Source: Cladosporium halotolerans
Taxonomy: Eukaryota
Direction of reading: 5' to 3'
Assembly (NCBI RefSeq): GCF_011745625.1
Contig: NW_027191473.1
Span: 62,001-126,000 of the forward strand
Length of the DNA stretch: 64,000 nt
In this document: positions 57,860 through 64,000 of the stretch, piece after piece
Layout: each line of letters starts with the position of its first letter
How positions within the stretch are numbered: the stretch's first letter is position 1
Position numbers and translations under genes: made by a program
Notes under the pieces: model-generated
What the model was told of the DNA's origin: nothing
Databases searched by the model: none
Seen by the model: the letters and a program-made list of their open reading frames with translations, nothing else

Positions 57860-59692
57860 TCACCATCGTTCGAATTCTTCGAAAGATTGGTCTGTTTCGG
57901 ACGTCCGAGCATCATTTACACCGGGCGGTTTTGCGGGCAAGGTGCTCATCAACCGCTCACAGCGCTCTCGCCATTCTCTCAGATCAGGGGAACCTCTCGA
58001 TTTGGCCAACTGAGCACTGACAGTGTTGCTCACGAAGTCTAGTCCATCTTTGTGTTCAGGTTGGCGGCCCATCACCGGCTCGAACCGCGCTTTCCATTCG
58101 CTCGTGCGAACCAGAATTAGCCCATAGTCCCACTCAGCATCGATCAGCTTTCCCCTAAGTTCCATTCTTTCTCGGTCTCGTGCAGATTGGCGGCTCAAAA
58201 ATTGTTCACGGCGCTCTTTTTCTGTGACCGAGGAAGGGGCACTGAATGCTTTGAACTCAGCATCGGTCAAATCCTCTGGAAGATCAGCTTCGTCGGACGT
58301 CTGAGCGTGCTCAATGCCGCCCAGAGTCGCAGGACGGCCGCTGGCCGGAACCTCGTTGACAGTAACCTTCGCCTTCGCCCGTTCGAGCAGCTTGAGCCAC
58401 TCCCAATCAGAGAAGCCGGCACGCTGCGTCGTGAAGTGCCAATCCCAAGCAGCCTGCTTGACGACCGTGGAGACCTTGTTGTACGGCACGAGGCTGGGCC
58501 TCACCCAATGGTCGTTGCGATATTTGTAGGCGTCAACGACATCCTCGAACGTGCACTGATGGTGCAGGGCCCACTGTTGGCGAGAAGGAAACGGGAGCGC
58601 ACGCATGGCACACAGGCCCTCGATCTCCTCGTGAGCTTTGCGCGCTTCTTCGTGCAGCTCGCTACGCAGAGCGCGCACTTTCGCCGCCCTGGCCTCGTCG
58701 CCGAAGACGACCGCCAGGCGCTGCGCGGAGCGGATCAGCTGATCGACTCTCGGCAGCAGCAGACGACACGAGTGGCAAACGGCATTGCGCAGCGCCGTAA
58801 CGGCGAAAACGGCACTCCGTACTTTGTCTGAAGGCCACTCGCACGTGTGGCCGTATTCGCGTCCGTACGGGAACCTGACTGGATCCCCAAAGACCCCATC
58901 CAACTCACCATGACCGAATTTGACTTCTCGTGGTCCTCCAAGCCAGTGGAACCGCTGTTTGAGCGGCCAGTGAATCCTGCCGGCGTTGAACAGGGCGTCC
59001 TGGGCTATGCGGAGCGCCGAATTCAGAAGGCGGCTCTGGACGCGATGGGGGATCGCGACTTGAGCCTCGGGGGTGTCGTGCCAGCCGTTTTCCTCGAGAT
59101 GACTTACTATGTAATCTCCATTTGTTCCTGGCGCTGCGACGAATGCTTCCAGATGATCACAGGCCGAGCACTGAATGGTTATATTTCCGTCGAGCTCGGG
59201 CGAGCTCTCCTCCCGTGGCGGCTGCTGGTTCAGCTCCATGAGGGTCGTGCCTTCGCGCGTCCGGCGAAGCCCCCAAGGGTTACTGTGTTGGGAATAGACC
59301 TGCCTCTGCACCGATGCTAGAGTAGACTGCTGGTGATGCGGTAGCTCTGGGACTACGCCGACGCGCACCAACTTACCGTCTTCGTAAAAAGGGGAGCGAT
59401 CATCTTCGTGCTCGTCCGAATTCGAACCCGACTTCTGCTCGGTCATCGTTGCGCTCTTGCTGCTAGAAGCCTGAGTCGGCATCATGTAAGAAGGAGTGCT
59501 AGTGGCTGGAGCAATCAGTTGAGGCTCTGATTTTGGTTTCGAGGGTGAGCACCTACCGTACGCGCTCTTGACCAAACGAGCAATTTCCGACTTGAGGCGA
59601 TTGTTTTCATCGCGGAGTTCGTCGTTTTCAGTGGTCAGCCGCTTGATCTCATTTGCCTGGGAGAGCTCCCAACTTGGGATGATCTTCCCCAT
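57860..59692 (-). CDS. Hypothetical protein with N-terminal coiled coil and a helical domain carrying an RxxxxH (HEPN-like) motif
   Basis: 610-aa ORF with coiled coil EIKRLTTENDELRDENNRLKSEIARL and LRNAVCH (RNAVCH at 58789..58772). C-terminal boundary uncertain. Confidence 0.6.
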   Translation of the reverse strand: MGKIIPSWELSQANEIKRLTTENDELRDENNRLKSEIARLVKSAYGRCSPSKPKSEPQLIAPATSTPSYMMPTQASSSKSATMTEQKSGSNSDEHEDDRSPFYEDGKLVRVGVVPELPHHQQSTLASVQRQVYSQHSNPWGLRRTREGTTLMELNQQPPREESSPELDGNITIQCSACDHLEAFVAAPGTNGDYIVSHLEENGWHDTPEAQVAIPHRVQSRLLNSALRIAQDALFNAGRIHWPLKQRFHWLGGPREVKFGHGELDGVFGDPVRFPYGREYGHTCEWPSDKVRSAVFAVTALRNAVCHSCRLLLPRVDQLIRSAQRLAVVFGDEARAAKVRALRSELHEEARKAHEEIEGLCAMRALPFPSRQQWALHHQCTFEDVVDAYKYRNDHWVRPSLVPYNKVSTVVKQAAWDWHFTTQRAGFSDWEWLKLLERAKAKVTVNEVPASGRPATLGGIEHAQTSDEADLPEDLTDAEFKAFSAPSSVTEKERREQFLSRQSARDRERMELRGKLIDAEWDYGLILVRTSEWKARFEPVMGRQPEHKDGLDFVSNTVSAQLAKSRGSPDLREWRERCERLMSTLPAKPPGVNDARTSETDQSFEEFERW

Positions 59693-61464
59693 CTTGGTAG
59701 ACGAATGGCTCGTGGAGACTGTAAGGGACTCTCCTTGCCTAGCCCGAAAGCGTCGAAAGACATCTTTTCAGCTGAGTATACGGGGGTCTAAAAAGGACCG
59801 CAAAGGTGAAGGGATAGTGAATGGTGACGTGCGAAACTTCGCTTTGTTGTTTGAGTGAATCGCTTTGTCCTGCTGTGAATGCTCGAAATTCTCAGTATAG
59901 CGAAAGTCAGTGACAGACCCTTTGTCTCAGTGCAGTCTGCCATCCGCTGTACATTCCCTACCCATTAGGCATCAGGGCCTGTGAAGGACATCACTATCTG
60001 CGGATCTGAGTCCGTTGATAGCGTGAAGGCTCGGAAGGATGCCGTCAGGAAGACGTATTGTTCGGTGCAAGTGCGCCTCCAGGGTAGTTACGTGTGTTGC
60101 TCTGACTCAAGTGGAGTCGATATCACATTCTCTGCGTGAGGCCTTTCAACGACCTAGCATGTCCGTCACAACGCTTTGACACAGTGGAATCCTCCGGCCT
60201 TGCGCGAGGTGGTTCCGCAGGCATCCCAGCTTCGAACCCTGCGAAGTCTGTCTGCAGTACTCATGCACACGACTGTTTGCGGCTCCGCAAGTCAGACGCT
60301 TATCACGGCAGTTGTGCAAACATGCAAATGTATTGGCGGGCAATGGCGGCGGCGGAGTTTCCCCCGAAGAGAACCCACGTGCGAGGATTTGCCACAGCGA
60401 GACTCCAAGTAGCACGAAAAACAATCCTCGTCCAGCCCAAGGACCCACAGAGACCATTGGAACGGCCGAGCCAGCGCTAGCGCCGGATAAAGCAGCTTCG
60501 TCAGTGAGCCGAGCGAAGCGGAGGAAGCCGTTACGAGGATAGCTCAGGACAGAGACTGGACGGAATTCGGAGACTTGCGAGCGGTGGTGCGGCAGTGCCC
60601 TGTTGGAGAAAGACCCGAGGGCACCGTGCGGAGATAGACGATGGCTAGCGTTGGAGCACATGGCCTCGTTCGTGGTGTGTCGCCACGCATGACGCACATT
60701 GCCAGGTCTCCAACGACCAGACTCCGTGACCAGACGCTTCGAGACCACCTGTCCGATACGTGCAGTGTCTGAGGCCACGCCAGCAAAGACAGGGAATCGT
60801 GATACTTCCCGAAGGAGAGATGGGGAAATGAACAAGCAACCCGTGGCACCCTGCATGCGCGCCATGGCGTCCCCACGGGTCCATAATGGTGACACGGCAA
60901 TGACACGATGGCGCGCCGAGCCGGCCGACTCACGTGGTGTGGAGTGAGGACGCGGCGGTGGCGTCTTGAAAACGGTGAGAAGGTTGCGCGCAGGGTGTGT
61001 CGTGGGCGCACACAGGACGCTGGTTCGCGTTCAGAAGTACAAAGACGGCCGGGCCGGAGATGTCGCGAGGCACGCAGATCTGATGTGCCTGGGCCTGGCA
61101 TGATGTAGTCGTGTAATGCGCATGCTCGCATGGGTAGGCAGGTAGGGCTGGGCGCGAGCAATTCGAGGGCCCGCTTGCTGCCGAGGGAGCCACTGGAGCT
61201 ACGGCGCACCGGAATCGCGATCCCGACCAGGATCACAGCCTTCTGCTCCAATCGACAACGTCTGTGAACCGGCCGTCTGGTATCGCTTGCGAAATTCCCT
61301 GCCGGCCAAAGATGCCGCCACGCCACCGCCCGTGGCTGCTGCAGCATCATGTTGTGGCCCCTCGCCGCCACCTCCGCCGTCAGGCTCGCCCTCGCACTCT
61401 AACATCAAACTCTGTGAATGCGCCTGTGCCTTGATTCCTCTCCATAGCACGTGAGCCGCCTCCC

Positions 61465-64000
61465 ATGGCGCCTGGCCTCTCGCCTCAGGCGCGTCTGTCG
61501 CTGGAGGAGCGCGAGGTTCACCGGATCTACCAGCCATGGCTCTCCTCCCACGGCTCCTCTCTCAACGTCGCCAGCCATGTCGAAAGCCTGGCACAGGACT
61601 ACCTCCATGAACAAGGCTACCAGCCCAGGTCCTCTCGCGACAAGGCCCTTACCGCCTTTGCTCAGATTATAGCCCTGCGCCTCGACGTCAAACGCTGCAT
61701 GATCTCTCTCATCGATAGCACCAAACAGTACATTCTCGCCGAGGCCACACGATCTGTCTCCATCGCCAGCAGCCGCGCCGCCGAGGACGATGAGCTATGG
61801 CTTGGAAGCACTATTCTTTCTCGCCCGGACGCTTTGTGCGAGCACAGCATGATCAACACTTGCACAGCAGTCGATGACAACGGCCAAACTCTGACCGCCA
61901 AGGGACTTATTATTTCGGACTGCAGACTGGACGAGCGCTTCAAAGATCGACCTTACGTGGTATCGGAACCTGGCGTGCGTTTCTATGCTGGTGTGCCCAT
62001 CTATTCGCGAAATGGCTACATGATCGGAGTTTGTGCCGTCTCAGACGTGACGCCTCGAGCGTCCTTGAAAGTCGAAGAGCTCAGACTTCTGCAAGAAACT
62101 TCACAGTCTGTCATTGAGCATCTGGAATGGTAAGTCGCTCACTAATCCCTCTTATCGTGCACCTGGCGGTCAAGTGCCGCACCTGCTTCCATTTCATCAA
62201 CCCGAACAGGCTCGCATTCTCAGCTGACATTGGTATAGGGCGAGAGACAGAGTGGATCGCTTCAAGGGCGAGCGCATCGTCCGAGGCATGGCATCCTTCA
62301 TCGAAGGCTGCGCCTCGATACGCGATGAGCCTGGTACCACGGAGGCCACCCTCACTAAAGCCGCGCCCAAAGCAGCACGCGTTTCCAATGATCAAACCCA
62401 TCCCCCGCAGAGGCCACCCTTAGTATCTAGAAATTCTGGGCGTCGCCAATCATCAAGGCAGCAGAGCACCGTCAACGCGAAGCTGAGAGCAAGTCAAGAC
62501 GTGCCTGCGAGCAAAGCTGAAAAGGGCGACAGCATGTCGCGTATGTTCGCCCGAGCGGCGGAGATCTTGCGCCAGTCAACTCTCGCAGACGGCGCTGTCA
62601 TCTTTGGCGCCACCGCAACTTCGGGACGGGCATCTCACATGAGCGCGCCATTCACCACGGATTCGTCACAAGGTTCTGCAAGCGTATCTGAGTCGTCCAA
62701 CACATCGCCTTCAGGAGACGCCGCCTCGACGACTGGCTCGGATTCCGAACGCTGGGAAACAAACACCTCCGACTCAGATAGCACACCAACCGCAAGGCCT
62801 TGCAAGATCCTCGCATTCTCTATTGCCGATGATCAGGCCCGCGCCGATGTCGAGAATGGCTCAGCGTTGACTCTGGGCACGCTGGAGAAGTACTTTTCTT
62901 TGTTCCCCAAAGGCAAAACCTTCTCTTTCACCGAGCAAGGCTCAGGAGTTTCCTCCGAGGACGACTCCGGTGCCAGTGACAGAGAAAACATGCGCCAGCC
63001 AGAGAAGGAAGGAGATGGGGAGAGCACCGTCAGGGCTCGCATTCGTAAGAGGCGAATGGACCACAAGGAGCTGCTCAAGAAAATCCCGGGCGCTAAAACG
63101 GTGGTTTTCATCCCGCTCTACGACCACTCCGAGGAACGTCTCATGGCTGGCTGTTTTCTATGGACTTCTGTCACGGGCCGGATGATGAGCCTGGATGCGG
63201 ATTTGTCGTACCTGCGTGCTTTCGCCAACTGCATCATCAGCGAAGTGGTCCGCGTGAATATGCAGCGCAATGAGGCTGCTAAAACGACTTTTATCGCTTC
63301 GATGAGCCATGAGCTTCGTAAGTGCCTGTGCTCGAATCTTGGTTTACCTGGATGTAATAGCTGACAGTCCACGAATAGGATCACCGCTTCATGGAATTCT
63401 AGGTGCCGCTGAGTTCTTATCGGACACTGCCTCTGACGCATATCAATCTGGCTTGATCACCTCTATTGTGACTTGCGGACGAACACTCCTAGACACCTTG
63501 AACCACGTGCTGTATGTGTGCTTCCCATCGGTAGAGTTATTCTAGGTTGCTGCTAACACCTTTGCAGGGATTACAGCAAGATCAACAAACTCGGTCGAGC
63601 TCAAATGAGACGCCACGCCAAGCAGAACAAACTGGTCAATCTAGCTTCCGACAGTTCACTGGAAAGCCTCAGTATGACCGGAGATATCGATCTGGGCATC
63701 CTGGTCGAAGAAGTCGCAGAAGCCGTCTCGGCTGGCCACGCCTTCAAGAAGCTTCCAATCGCTGGTTCGGTCGGACAGACTGGAGCACAGACCGGCGGCT
63801 CTCCCAAAGGCGACGGCTCCACCGGTCCTCCGGCTCAAGGCGAAGTATCTCTCTTGCTAGACGTCAGTCCAAGGCGCTCTTGGAACATCAGAACGCAACC
63901 TGGAGCTTTGCGGAGAATCATCATGAACCTCCTTGGAAACGCTCTGAAATATACCTCGCATGGATTCGTGGCGGTATCGCTGAGAGCCCAGGAGGTCCCG
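61465..64000 (+). CDS. GAF-domain sensor histidine kinase (probably hybrid); 3' end runs off the window
   Basis: GAF motif VRFYAGVPI. Introns 62130..62238, 63318..63378 and 63512..63567 restore H-box SHELRSPLHGILG and LDYSKIN. N-box IIMNLLGNALKYT. Confidence 0.9.

Overview
Gene-dense chromosomal DNA from a filamentous ascomycete, with GT-AG introns, CTRAC branch sites, a dispersed 5S rRNA gene and RIP-type mutations; a Dothideomycete origin is plausible but not proven. About 22 protein genes were read by eye. Left part: SIP5-like (partial), ARA2-like aldo-keto reductase, ferric reductase, SNF2 helicase, two tandem low-complexity proteins sharing a 28-aa C-terminal motif, and a DUF2470 protein. 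Then an AAA+ ATPase broken at a G7 run and a Zn-dependent dehydrogenase. Middle: GAS2/GAR protein, UreG, rhomboid, bHLH factor, a Zn-finger-like orphan, a peroxisomal ABCD half-transporter, an HMG-box factor and an HSL-like lipase. Right part: an F-box-like hypothetical, an SSU1/TDT transporter, tannase/feruloyl esterase, a HEPN-motif orphan and a GAF histidine kinase (partial). A ~9.4 kb lower-GC island (~17.3-26.7 kb) holds RIP-scarred relics, a phosphate-permease fragment, a 44-bp double-hairpin minisatellite and a MITE-like inverted repeat. Best leads: (1) the twin genes with a shared beta-patterned C-terminal module, (2) recurrent ~1-kb C-rich to G-rich skew switches inside genes, (3) the RNAVCH HEPN-like orphan, (4) the hairpin minisatellite upstream of the dehydrogenase. 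All family calls come from motif recognition; no database searches were run.
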